Shown here one piece after another: positions 9,516 to 19,777 of a stretch of 64,000 bases of DNA. Origin of the DNA: a virus; IMG/VR virus record IMGVR_UViG_3300040807_001288, positions 12,710 to 76,709 of that record, one strand, 5' to 3'. The notes beneath the pieces are model-generated. The model was not told the origin of the DNA, did not search any database, and saw only the letters and a program-made list of their open reading frames with translations. The translations under genes and the position numbers were made by a program. How positions within the stretch are numbered: the first letter of the stretch is position 1; the number at the start of each line of letters is the position of its first letter.

Positions 9516-9902
9516 ATGGGACAATTTTCAAAAGGAATTCAGAATTTTTTAGCTCAAGTCGGAGCAGACGAGAACAGAAGTGTGTCTAAGGTTCCTAAGA
9601 GCGACTCTTGTGCAAAGGTTGGTGAAGTCGTGTTCTTCAGGTACAAGTTAGGAACAGGTAAGGGCAGCAGATCATTCAGGATAGTTCTAATGACAGAGCC
9701 TATCACCAGAGACGCTAAAACGGGTAACAAATTGTTAACTGGATTCAAGGTTCCTGAGGATGGTGAATATACCCCAGATTCTTTAGAAACTCTATATAAC
9801 AATAAAGAACTTCCTGAGCCAGAGTTCAGAACATACATAATGTCTAATATTTTTGGATCTCTGTATAAGGTAGTTAAATTAGACTCCAAGGATCAAGAAT
9901 AA
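9516..9902 (+). CDS. Hypothetical protein, weak resemblance to gp2-like DNA end protector
   Basis: GEVVFFRY...FRTYIMSNI pattern only. Confidence 0.4.
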   Translation: MGQFSKGIQNFLAQVGADENRSVSKVPKSDSCAKVGEVVFFRYKLGTGKGSRSFRIVLMTEPITRDAKTGNKLLTGFKVPEDGEYTPDSLETLYNNKELPEPEFRTYIMSNIFGSLYKVVKLDSKDQE

Positions 9903-11686
9903 TGGTATTAACTGATGTTGCAATAGGTGGGCTAACCAAGGCTATGGATACGCTCACCAGCCAGCTTAGGGAGGCTATGGGCTTTGCAGAAAATGCTCAG
10001 AGAGCGTCATTAGCTCTAGGTACGACCTTTGAAAGCACCAACTCACAACTTGGTGGGACCATGGAGGGTCTTCGTGGAGATATTACGCAAAAGTTTGGAG
10101 CAGCTATTGCGGGGATGGAAGCGGGTTTACAAGGTAATACTGCTGGCGTAGCCAAGTTAATAAACCAGCAGCAACTTACTAATACTAACTCGGCTAAGAC
10201 TGCGGCTGCTTTTGCGGGCCTAGAGGCGTCTCTAGGAACCTCCAGACAACAGACCAATGAGCTTTCAGAAAGCTTAATTCAGACAGGCGCTGAGTACCAG
10301 ATAAGCACAGACAAGCTGGTAGACGCCATAGATGCCCTAAAATCTACGTTCCCAGCACAGGCGTTAGCTGGAATGGGTGATAAGGTTATGGGAGCCGTGA
10401 CGATGCTACAGGGGGAGCTAGGCCCTCAGTTGGCAGGACCTCTAAACAACGTCATGAAGATGGTTATGGATACAAGCATGGAAGGCTACGAAAGGTTGAC
10501 CAAGCTTGGAATCTCGGATGTTAGAGAAAGATTAGCCGCAGCAAAGGACGCTGCTGACGCACAACAAATACTTAAGGATGCTTTTGTCACTGCTTCGGAT
10601 AGGTTTAAAAGCGTGGCAGGTGACGCCAGCGATGGATTCTTCAAAATAGGGGTTGCATCTGAGATCTTTGGAGAGCAGACGATTCAACTAACCACCGTAG
10701 CAGACAATTTAGGGAAGAGAGTAAAGCAAGAGATAGATGATTCCGTTGATTTTGGGAATACACTAGCAAACTTAAAAAATGAGATTCTAACACCCTTAAC
10801 GGAGGCTCTAGCTAAGTTTTATCCAATTATATTGAAGTCTTTTGACGCCTTGTCTTTAGTTGCTAGACGGGTGGTAGAAAGGTTTTCAGTCTTTCTTGAA
10901 GGCACTCTACCCAAAGCGGATAAAGTGTTTCAGATGGTTACCTTAAAGCTAGTTGAATTTGCTATCACAGGACTGAACGCTTTTGATAAATTAAGAAAGC
11001 GAGTGCTGTTGGTAGTTGAAGATGTTTGGCCTAAACTTACAGAGTCCTTGATGTCTGCCAAAGAGGCTTTTCATTATGCAATAATTATTCCACTAGAACT
11101 AGTTAAGATAACTTTTACTTCTTTTGTGAATGGTTTAGATACAGCGTATGGAGCAGTCCTTCTTTTGATAAAAGGATTCTACATCGCAACAGAAAAACTG
11201 ACATTTGGAGCCCTCACTTTTACGGATGAGATGGACTTCGTTAATGATCAGTTAGAGGGGGTCGGACAAAGAATGCTCGACCGTGCAGAAGATGTGAAAA
11301 AAAGTATTTCCACCATAACGCAGGACCCTGCTGAATCGGCAAGACAATTTTCTGAAAAACTTAGAGAGATAAATGAGGATCCTAATTTACTTGGCAATAA
11401 GTATCTTTCTGATATTAAGGATAGCTTGTTAAAAGGAGAGGAGCTACAAAGAAAAACCAGTAAGAGCGTAGCTAGTGTAGATGAAAAAACTCCAGAGCCT
11501 GAGACTAAATCAGCTTTTGTCGATGAGTCCACGATAATCCTCAGCCAAGCCCTAGAGACTATGTTAGGTGTGGGTCAGAATACGACTGCTGAGGAGATGT
11601 TAGAGGAGCTTAGAGTTGCTAATATGCAGCGAGCACAACAGGAAACAGGCGGGGCACTGGCTTACCAAAGAGGAGGGTTAGACTAA
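9902..11686 (+). CDS. Probable tail tape measure protein
   Basis: 594 aa, Ala/Gly/Leu-rich and helical, located just before the hub and baseplate genes. Confidence 0.65.
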   Translation: MVLTDVAIGGLTKAMDTLTSQLREAMGFAENAQRASLALGTTFESTNSQLGGTMEGLRGDITQKFGAAIAGMEAGLQGNTAGVAKLINQQQLTNTNSAKTAAAFAGLEASLGTSRQQTNELSESLIQTGAEYQISTDKLVDAIDALKSTFPAQALAGMGDKVMGAVTMLQGELGPQLAGPLNNVMKMVMDTSMEGYERLTKLGISDVRERLAAAKDAADAQQILKDAFVTASDRFKSVAGDASDGFFKIGVASEIFGEQTIQLTTVADNLGKRVKQEIDDSVDFGNTLANLKNEILTPLTEALAKFYPIILKSFDALSLVARRVVERFSVFLEGTLPKADKVFQMVTLKLVEFAITGLNAFDKLRKRVLLVVEDVWPKLTESLMSAKEAFHYAIIIPLELVKITFTSFVNGLDTAYGAVLLLIKGFYIATEKLTFGALTFTDEMDFVNDQLEGVGQRMLDRAEDVKKSISTITQDPAESARQFSEKLREINEDPNLLGNKYLSDIKDSLLKGEELQRKTSKSVASVDEKTPEPETKSAFVDESTIILSQALETMLGVGQNTTAEEMLEELRVANMQRAQQETGGALAYQRGGLD

Positions 11687-12681
11687 TGACAAACAGACAC
11701 ATTGTAGACAGGGCGCTTCCAGAGAGGACTAATCTAAAGTTCTATTTTCCCATGCCTTCCCCAGGAGGTGACTACTATGTCGTTGAGCTACCCTTCTTTG
11801 AGAACGTAGCAATAAGTGAAAATAAGAAAGCTAGGTATCATAAGTATTCTCTAATATCCAGATCGAGTAATCTTTATAGCTACTTGGGTGCGGACTCTAG
11901 AACTCTAAATGTTCAATTTAGCTTAACTCTACCTCACCTTCTAGAGGAGCACCCAGAGATAAATCTAGATAAGTACGTTAGTTATCAGATGGACAAAGAT
12001 AACATGGATCTAGAAAGAAAAAAGTTCACTGAACCCTACAAAACACAATCAGTACCGGATGGTATGGCCTTTAAGTTGGGAACAGAATACACTAAGGAAT
12101 TAGCTCAGGACTCAGCCAACCAAGTTCTCATCAGCTTAGAGTCTACTCTGTCTGGAATGTTCAACCCTGACGAGAAGGCTTACCTAGGTGCAAGGTATGG
12201 TCTTCAAGACAAGGCTTTACAGCAGAACATAGATTCCCTGACACAGCAGAATTTTTTTACAAAGCTCGCCGCTCAAACTGTTTCCAATCAACAGTTTATA
12301 GAAAACAACGAAGCGAATCAACTGAAATATAGAATAATAGATCTGATTATTTACTGGACAAATATAATCAGGTCTAGCGTGGTGAATTATTCCAAGAATC
12401 CAATATACGGTCCTCCCGTAATTAGACTAAATCACGGCATACTGTATCAGGACATTCCGTGCATCTGCACTGACTACTCCATACAGTACGAGGAGCAAGC
12501 AGGATATGACATGGACACTTTGCTACCTAGAAAGATAAAAGTATCTCTGAAGCTTGAGGAGATGCGTACTGGAGACTTTGGTGAGTTTGAGCCAAAAGGC
12601 AATCCCATAAAAAGAGACAACCTAGCTGGATGGGAAGCGGTTGTTCTTGGAGAGACTAACAGCATGGACCCAGGATACTGA
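11686..12681 (+). CDS. Tail tube initiator / baseplate tube-like protein
   Basis: Tube-fold pattern (YSYLGADSRTLNVQFSL; GPPVIRLNHG..YQDIPCI; LPRKIKVSL) following the tape measure. Confidence 0.6.
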   Translation: MTNRHIVDRALPERTNLKFYFPMPSPGGDYYVVELPFFENVAISENKKARYHKYSLISRSSNLYSYLGADSRTLNVQFSLTLPHLLEEHPEINLDKYVSYQMDKDNMDLERKKFTEPYKTQSVPDGMAFKLGTEYTKELAQDSANQVLISLESTLSGMFNPDEKAYLGARYGLQDKALQQNIDSLTQQNFFTKLAAQTVSNQQFIENNEANQLKYRIIDLIIYWTNIIRSSVVNYSKNPIYGPPVIRLNHGILYQDIPCICTDYSIQYEEQAGYDMDTLLPRKIKVSLKLEEMRTGDFGEFEPKGNPIKRDNLAGWEAVVLGETNSMDPGY

Positions 12682-12682
12682 T

Positions 12683-12985
12683 ATGGCTAACACAGACAAA
12701 GGACCCTACAGCCTAGACGAGCTAAGGGTGGCACACAGACAGGTAACTACTAACACTATAGTAAACACCTCTCGTTTTGATTCTATGTTGGAAGATTTGG
12801 ATAATGCTTTTGATTACGAAGTGGGGTATGTTCCCGCTGGGTATGAGCACCGTCCAGACTTAATCTCTAATGTATTTTACGGAACTCCAAAAAATTGGTG
12901 GCTTTTGATGTTGGTTAATAACATTGACGATCCTTTCGAGGGCTTTAATACTCAGGATAGAATACTTATTCCCAAAATCAAATGA
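12683..12985 (+). CDS. gp53/LysM-like baseplate wedge protein
   Basis: RPDLISNVFYGTPKNWWLLMLVNNIDDPF motif. Start is ATG 12683. Confidence 0.8.
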   Translation: MANTDKGPYSLDELRVAHRQVTTNTIVNTSRFDSMLEDLDNAFDYEVGYVPAGYEHRPDLISNVFYGTPKNWWLLMLVNNIDDPFEGFNTQDRILIPKIK

Positions 12986-15480
12986 AGATCCCAACAGCAA
13001 ACGTACTGGTGGCTTTTGATAAGGCTGTCATGGAGAGGCTATTCTCAGCAGGAGCTACTTACAAAAGTTTAGTAGCCAGCCTAGCTGATGGAGAAGAGAA
13101 TGCTTTGCTGTTTGATAATGTAGCTAACCCAAATTTTATTTCTTTCGAACATACTCTTGGAGCAGGAAGCTCCATGAAGATGAAGCTATCCTTCATAGAT
13201 CCAAAGAAGGAGTTTGAGCGCCGCTTCTTTACAGCAAACCCCTCCAGACTGATCGAAGGTTTTTCTTATACCCCCACGGGAGAATCAAAGGGATTTACAA
13301 CTACTAAACCTGATGATGTGAAGCAGAGTCAGTCTGAGTACGAGAAAGAGTACATCTCCGAGTTCACCGAGCAGCTATCCAAGAACATAGGAGAGCGAGT
13401 CATTTATGTTGCGTATGGACTGGGTAATAACCTAGATTTGTGGTCGGGGCCTCATAGAACCATTTTAACCAATGCTAATGTTGATGTAAAGGGTTCTAGA
13501 AAGATTTCTTTGGATCTAGTGCCTACCGCACAAGACATTGATATGACTCAAAGAAAGGGCGCTTACAACGAACCAGCGAACATAAACCTTATGGGTTTGA
13601 CCATGCGTTTCGCGGGGGAATCGCAAGAAATAAAATACAAGGAAGTTCCTGGGTATGATCCTACTGAGTATCTTCAATTAGGTGATGGAGCTAGTGATGT
13701 TAGGTACGAAAGAAAAAAACAAAGCAGAGCACTGAGCCAGATTGGATACGAAGACCTTTCTAAGAAGATAGATAAGTACGATTTTCACTGCATTGTGGTA
13801 GACGCTTTGAGGAGTTACATACAAAAAGCTACAAACAATCCTAATGTTATTGTTCTTCTGCCAAACTTAAATATAATTTGTAGACAGGCTATCAATGACG
13901 AGGCTAGAAAGTATAAGATCTTAACAGGACAGGAAATTGTAACTTTTGCCCCTCCTGGAGGTAGGCTGTCTAGGATAAAAGATCTTTTCAATGCTACTCA
14001 AACAAACTTAGGGAGGGAGAAAAATTTCGTTGATTCAACTTTGAAATCTTTTGGCATTAGAGTTCATACGGAGAAAAAAGATATTCCTCTGAATAGAGAG
14101 GTAATACCCTCTTCTGAGATTTCTAAGTTTTCAGAAAATGAACGAGCTAACGATCCTGAACAGGCAGTTGATAAGTTCATAGATAGTAGAGTTTTTATTG
14201 GGGTCATAGATAAGACCGACAAAAAGATTCCAGACCACATGCAAGTTATTAATTCTGTTTTAGATAGAATAAAAAAAATGTGTAAGGGGTCGTATGTATT
14301 CTCTAGAGTTTCTGCGTTCACAGAAACAGACGTTAACATACTTAAAATTTGGAAAGAGTATTCTGACAAAGAATTTTCTTACACGTTTGCTGGGTATGAT
14401 ACATTTCACCCCGATAGAGAAGCCATCATAGTTGGAGATTCAGCCATGATAAAAGACTATCTATATGCTAATATAGACGTTAAGGCTGTTGATAGAAATG
14501 CTAAGTCTCTAAGAACTAAATCTAAGCAGTTTGAGAAAGGTAGTGATGAGTATAATAACTTAAGATTCTCGGCTGACATGCAGCACCCGCTTCACCCACT
14601 AGATTTGCCTATATTAACCGCGATAAATTACAGTAAGAGAGTAAAAGAGATAACTCAACCGAACATCAACGCAGACGCAGGGTTTGGAGATATTTCATAT
14701 ATCCCTGATGAGTTTTCTTACAGAGATTCGGAGTTGTCGCCTGATGCGGCCAATCTTGTAAAGGAAAAAAACATCCCTGTGTTCAGATACAATACACAGA
14801 ATCCAAATGTTTTGGACATGAAATTCAAATTCGGAGCAGTGTATTTTGCTGCACTGAAGACTGGATATCAAAAAGAAATATCTAAGCTGGCTTCCGCAGT
14901 AGCTAATGGATCCCTTCCTACAGGCGTAGGAACATTCCCGATCACTACCAGAGAAAGAGCCATCGAGTACCTACGAATGAAACAATATTCTTCTGGAATG
15001 GGAGATGACGAGCAGAAGGAGATCTTAAAAGACTTGGCTGCGAAGTTGTCGCCTACCTTGGTGGAGGATCTAAAGGAGTCCTCCCCAGATCGTGCAGCAG
15101 ATGCCTTAGCGGCTGTTATAAAAACCGCAGAGCTAGATAACAAGAAGGGATTGATTCTATTTGATCAACATCTCCCAGGAAATCCTAACGACATTATAGC
15201 CGATCTATCTGAAAGAATGTTTAGAGATGGCTTGCAGATGAGCATAACTACCCTTCCCACATTTCATTTATCTAAAATAGCTTCTATAAATACTGCTTGT
15301 ATAGTTTTCGCTCAGGATCAACCTATAACACAAACCCAAATCCCCCGCACAGACCTGCTCAATAAGTTTTTTAGCGGTTTGTATAAGATCATAGGGTTTA
15401 AGCATGTCATAGATAGCAAATCAGCTACATCGGAGTTTAGATTGGTAAAGAACGCTCCCAAGTATAAAGAGGAAAGTTAA
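12982..15480 (+). CDS. Probable baseplate hub protein (gp27-like)
   Basis: Lies between gp53- and gp5-like genes. The C-terminal SGLYKIIGFKHVI...SEFRLVK is hub-like. Confidence 0.55.
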   Translation: MKIPTANVLVAFDKAVMERLFSAGATYKSLVASLADGEENALLFDNVANPNFISFEHTLGAGSSMKMKLSFIDPKKEFERRFFTANPSRLIEGFSYTPTGESKGFTTTKPDDVKQSQSEYEKEYISEFTEQLSKNIGERVIYVAYGLGNNLDLWSGPHRTILTNANVDVKGSRKISLDLVPTAQDIDMTQRKGAYNEPANINLMGLTMRFAGESQEIKYKEVPGYDPTEYLQLGDGASDVRYERKKQSRALSQIGYEDLSKKIDKYDFHCIVVDALRSYIQKATNNPNVIVLLPNLNIICRQAINDEARKYKILTGQEIVTFAPPGGRLSRIKDLFNATQTNLGREKNFVDSTLKSFGIRVHTEKKDIPLNREVIPSSEISKFSENERANDPEQAVDKFIDSRVFIGVIDKTDKKIPDHMQVINSVLDRIKKMCKGSYVFSRVSAFTETDVNILKIWKEYSDKEFSYTFAGYDTFHPDREAIIVGDSAMIKDYLYANIDVKAVDRNAKSLRTKSKQFEKGSDEYNNLRFSADMQHPLHPLDLPILTAINYSKRVKEITQPNINADAGFGDISYIPDEFSYRDSELSPDAANLVKEKNIPVFRYNTQNPNVLDMKFKFGAVYFAALKTGYQKEISKLASAVANGSLPTGVGTFPITTRERAIEYLRMKQYSSGMGDDEQKEILKDLAAKLSPTLVEDLKESSPDRAADALAAVIKTAELDNKKGLILFDQHLPGNPNDIIADLSERMFRDGLQMSITTLPTFHLSKIASINTACIVFAQDQPITQTQIPRTDLLNKFFSGLYKIIGFKHVIDSKSATSEFRLVKNAPKYKEES

Positions 15481-15481
15481 G

Positions 15482-16594
15482 ATGCAAGAGAGCAATAATC
15501 AAGGAGCCATATCCTTAGCGGAAGTTAGAAGTAGGGTAGACCCTGGGCGGGGTGGAACTTTTCTGGCAAATGTCGCTGCTGAGGGAAATACAGAACAAGA
15601 AGTATACTATGTTAGCCCCTATGGATCTAACGATTCTGGTGCATTTGTTGCCGTACCTGAAGTGGGCACTGAGATTCTAGTTTGTCGCCCTACAGGAGGA
15701 GTTAGTTGGTATTACATGGGAACTACGTTCGCTCCAGAGCCTAGAGAGACTACAGGATTCCCTCTAAAAGATTCTGAGATCATGCCTTTAGAGCGCGTAG
15801 ACCCTGAGATATACAAGGCTAGGGGCGCTCCTTTAAAGTATCTGTTCAAGAGCCCTCAGAACGCAGGACTAACTATTTCTGATGAGTACAATCCTGGGTT
15901 CTTCAACAGATATGTTAGGCTACACTCGTCTAGAAGTAAGAAGGTAGAGCTTCATGATGCTCCTACCATTGATTCCATTATCTTAGACACAGGTAATGGA
16001 AGTAGAATAACGCTGACTGACGACCCGCAGACTCAAGGCATTCCCGCTAGAGCCATTCAGGTCGAGACTGTAGGACCTCAAAAGTATATTAACACCGAGT
16101 CTCAGACTGACATCGTGGTTCATGAGGCGGGCAGGGAGCTTCAGCTACTTAACCTAGCTAACGGAGTTCCCTTTGAGAGCGATGAAGAGATCAATGCTGG
16201 AAATGTAAATATTCAAAGCAAGTGGAAGGATGTGAACGTATTCACTCAAGCGGAGGAGGGTAGGATATTTATTGAGTGCCTGAATGAGTCGGGGAGAAAC
16301 CAGCAAATAGTTATAGAGACGAACGGTGATGGGACAGACGGCATTACAATTAAGACCACAGGCAGCGTAAATATCTCTGCGGATAGAGACATAAATATGC
16401 GAGCAGGTGGGAACATGAACCTTCAGTGCCAAAAATATAGCGTTAATTGCTCAAAAGTTGATATAGAAAGCTCTGGACAGGTAGATATAGATGGGTCGAA
16501 GATTTACCTAGCAAGTGAGACTGCCTCACCCACTGCTCCCAACATTCCGAACCCTCAGAGCACTTACGACAATACAGGAGTAACCACATACTAA
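15482..16594 (+). CDS. Baseplate central spike (gp5/gpV-like OB fold plus beta-helix)
   Basis: DP...G, AVPEVGTEILV and WYYMG OB-fold motifs, then C-terminal beta-helix repeats ending IDGSKIYL. Confidence 0.75.
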   Translation: MQESNNQGAISLAEVRSRVDPGRGGTFLANVAAEGNTEQEVYYVSPYGSNDSGAFVAVPEVGTEILVCRPTGGVSWYYMGTTFAPEPRETTGFPLKDSEIMPLERVDPEIYKARGAPLKYLFKSPQNAGLTISDEYNPGFFNRYVRLHSSRSKKVELHDAPTIDSIILDTGNGSRITLTDDPQTQGIPARAIQVETVGPQKYINTESQTDIVVHEAGRELQLLNLANGVPFESDEEINAGNVNIQSKWKDVNVFTQAEEGRIFIECLNESGRNQQIVIETNGDGTDGITIKTTGSVNISADRDINMRAGGNMNLQCQKYSVNCSKVDIESSGQVDIDGSKIYLASETASPTAPNIPNPQSTYDNTGVTTY

Positions 16595-16595
16595 G

Positions 16596-19313
16596 ATGGC
16601 GTCATTCGATTTAGATACGTTCCTAAAGGTACAGGGACAAACCGGAACAGGAGCTATTCAGGCTTTAGGCATGTCTTTTGGTATGCCTAGTTGTATGCTA
16701 AATCTAGCTAATCAAGCCTTGGGTCTATTACCTAGCTCCATACTCACAGACATTAGGTCACAAATCTCCTCAGGCAAAGCTAAGGCTAACGAGGTAACTA
16801 AGGAAGTGTTCAAGAAGATGATGCTAAACACAGGCATTATTGAATTTAACACAGAAACGGGGACGTTTAAATTTAGATCAGACTCCGCTTGGATGGGGAT
16901 CGACAACGATGACAACCAGACTAAAAATAACTTAGCAGGAGCTTTGGGCGCTTTTCAGTATGCAGCCTCTTTCGGAGCACAGCTTTATCAAAACTACAAC
17001 AACGTAATGAATGAGATAAACGCTATCACCGACTGCTTGGATAAGTTTAGCACTCTACAATCATATCAGTCAGGAAACTCCTCCACTCAAAGAGCCACGC
17101 TTTCTCAACAAGAAATAAATGAAGCTTTTGAGACGATGTACGCTGGGGATAAGGCTCGTATAGATAAAGCTTCTTCTTTTATAAAGCAAGCTGATAAAAA
17201 GATCAAGGACATAGACACAATACTTCTTGCCCGAGCCAATGACCCCTCTTTAGAGCCTAAGTTTTTAGACTCAGGAGAGTTGGATCCCTTCCTTTCTGGA
17301 ACTGATTTCGAGAGAGTCGCTCAAGATGACCCAGGGTTAGTGGATGATGATCCTGTATTCAGACTAACCTATGGACCACCGATAACGACTGAGGGTTCTT
17401 ACGTCCTAACGAACGATGGTTTATACTACGACTCTTACGACGGCGGACTCGATCCCGTATACCTAGCTATTTCGGGAATGGTTCCTGTTGGTGATGCTTG
17501 GAAATATGATTATGACCCTAACCTGGGTGGAAAGGGTCAAGCGATCTCTATAGAATCTTTAAATAAGTTTACGAATAACATCTTTGATCCGAATAGGATA
17601 GACGATAGCGCGGGACTTCAGCACTACTACAACCAAGATCACTTTCTTGCCGTAATCAAGCAGCAGAGAGATAAGCATGTATACGATTTGTCTTCAGACC
17701 TTCGAGGCTTTATTGACGAGTACGGCGACGGCACTGCAATTGTAACTAATCAGCGAAATCTTATCATGTCTGAGATTGCAAATCATAACAGCAAGATCAA
17801 CAGAAGGAAGAAGCAGATCGAGGTTGCTGTTAAGGCTGGACAAGTCTACGGAGATCTTAGTGGGCCTGAGTTCGGGCCTGGAGATATTCCTATAAATGAT
17901 TTTTCCTTCCTTGAGAAGTACAACTTGTCCGTGGACTTGGAAAAACAGAAGGCGCTCGTATTCAAACAAGCAGATGTTGATGGTATTGTCCTTCCTCTAG
18001 AAACAAAGTTCGTTCGCCCAGCAAGACCTAAGGTGGCCTCAATATCGTTCGATCAGCTTGCGGTGCCCACAGTAGGAAAGGGGAGTATTTTGTATAGCCC
18101 ATCAGGAGAGACTTCGGGAACTGTTCTGTCCCTAACTGATCAGATTGTTTATGAAGACCTGTTCGCAATTTATAACTTCTTAGACACAGGATTAGAGTTG
18201 CCTTCGTCAACTAACTTTAATGTCACAAATTGTGCGACTGATAATATGTATAACAACGCACAGTTACTAGGCACTAACAGGCAGTCGGTCTTCTTTTCTG
18301 GGATAGCCATCCCGTACCTAGAAGGTATAACTAAGAACAAGAGCACTGACCCAGAGGCAGCGTCCGCCATGGGGTCTTTTGTACGGCTCCCCGATACGGC
18401 TGAATTCCGAGATCTAACTTATTCGTCAAATGGGTTTACTATTGAGTGCTGGGCTCATGTTCCTAATATTACGGATGGGGAGATTGGGTGGCTTAGTGGT
18501 GATGGGGGTCCTGCGGCGTCCTCGTTGACCAAGGTTCTCTTTGGATCGGAGAATGTGGGACACAACCCCAATGCCTCTGCCATTGACCACACAGGGGCCT
18601 ACAGAGACCTAGACTTCCTAAGACCTGAACGTGGTGGGGAGTTTGTTCGAGGGATGCTTTGCGGCTTCACAAGAGATAGAAGAATCACCCAGGCGAGCGC
18701 AGGATATAGTAACGAGCAAACTCTGAACGACCCCGTTTCTTCTCTGAGCTTCTTCATAGCGCCCACACAAGCTAGAGACTTCTCCTCTATGTCATTTGTT
18801 AATAATGATGAGTGTCAGGACTACGAAACATTCTACAAGATGAAAGTGGACCTGTCTGCAAGCGATTTTGGTAATGTATCTTCGCAGTTTGTTCTGATAG
18901 ACATTACATGTGATCCACGAACAGATACCATTAAAATGTTCGCTGACGGTGAGGAGGTGGCTACGTCATCTATTAGTCAGGTATTTGGTGTTGACGTAAA
19001 TAAAACAGTATCCTTACCCTCATTCAAGAAAGATAATAGCTTTCAATATTCTTCCACCACGGTTGATGGCCCAACGACTATCAAGCAAGGACCCTTACTC
19101 AACCCGTTCTACACTCCTTGGCTCGTTGGGGGCGGATATACGGACGGAATGCATGAGTACGGCAACTTCATGGGAGGTGATAGAGGAGGTACAATAAGTG
19201 GTCTTCGCGGGCATGTAGGAAGTCTAAAGTTTTATTCAAGGCCCCTAGATAATCTAGAAGTTAAAAAGAACTACGATGCTCAGAGAGGCTTCTTCAAAAA
19301 CATTAAGATATAA
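16596..19313 (+). CDS. Baseplate-associated protein with C-terminal LamG/ConA-like domain
   Basis: FTIECW and GHVGSLKFYSRPL...VKKNY LamG signature. Confidence 0.6.
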   Translation: MASFDLDTFLKVQGQTGTGAIQALGMSFGMPSCMLNLANQALGLLPSSILTDIRSQISSGKAKANEVTKEVFKKMMLNTGIIEFNTETGTFKFRSDSAWMGIDNDDNQTKNNLAGALGAFQYAASFGAQLYQNYNNVMNEINAITDCLDKFSTLQSYQSGNSSTQRATLSQQEINEAFETMYAGDKARIDKASSFIKQADKKIKDIDTILLARANDPSLEPKFLDSGELDPFLSGTDFERVAQDDPGLVDDDPVFRLTYGPPITTEGSYVLTNDGLYYDSYDGGLDPVYLAISGMVPVGDAWKYDYDPNLGGKGQAISIESLNKFTNNIFDPNRIDDSAGLQHYYNQDHFLAVIKQQRDKHVYDLSSDLRGFIDEYGDGTAIVTNQRNLIMSEIANHNSKINRRKKQIEVAVKAGQVYGDLSGPEFGPGDIPINDFSFLEKYNLSVDLEKQKALVFKQADVDGIVLPLETKFVRPARPKVASISFDQLAVPTVGKGSILYSPSGETSGTVLSLTDQIVYEDLFAIYNFLDTGLELPSSTNFNVTNCATDNMYNNAQLLGTNRQSVFFSGIAIPYLEGITKNKSTDPEAASAMGSFVRLPDTAEFRDLTYSSNGFTIECWAHVPNITDGEIGWLSGDGGPAASSLTKVLFGSENVGHNPNASAIDHTGAYRDLDFLRPERGGEFVRGMLCGFTRDRRITQASAGYSNEQTLNDPVSSLSFFIAPTQARDFSSMSFVNNDECQDYETFYKMKVDLSASDFGNVSSQFVLIDITCDPRTDTIKMFADGEEVATSSISQVFGVDVNKTVSLPSFKKDNSFQYSSTTVDGPTTIKQGPLLNPFYTPWLVGGGYTDGMHEYGNFMGGDRGGTISGLRGHVGSLKFYSRPLDNLEVKKNYDAQRGFFKNIKI

Positions 19314-19777
19314 TGGCTGCTAATCTAGAAACCAACGTGTACGGATCCATTCAGGGCCGATACAATATGCAAGCTCCAAAGTCTCAAAGAAAAGAGATTT
19401 TTGGGCTGACCTTTCCGTTGGGCTCTAGAAAAGCTGGGGGATTTTTCTCTAAATCTTCTGGCATCAACATGATTAAAGATGCCGTAGAGCAGCTTCTACT
19501 AACTGAGCGCGGTGAGCGTCTGATGCTCCCTAACTACGGATGTAACCTTAGACGTTACCTATTCCAACCTCTGGACCAGACTACCTTCTCCAGCATTAAG
19601 AGAGAAATACAAACTTCGTTTAGAAATTATATAGTTGGAGCTACGATACAAAAGATAGGGGTATTTCCTACGGGAGATTCAGGACCCGCTGGAGGAAACT
19701 CTTTGAGAGTTATATTAACACTAAAGTTAGACACTGCTGACTTGGAAGTCTTTGATGTCGGAGTAACTATATCATGA
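19313..19777 (+). CDS. gp25-like baseplate wedge / sheath initiator
   Basis: LLLTERGERLMLPNYGCNLRRYLFQP motif. Confidence 0.92.
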   Translation: MAANLETNVYGSIQGRYNMQAPKSQRKEIFGLTFPLGSRKAGGFFSKSSGINMIKDAVEQLLLTERGERLMLPNYGCNLRRYLFQPLDQTTFSSIKREIQTSFRNYIVGATIQKIGVFPTGDSGPAGGNSLRVILTLKLDTADLEVFDVGVTIS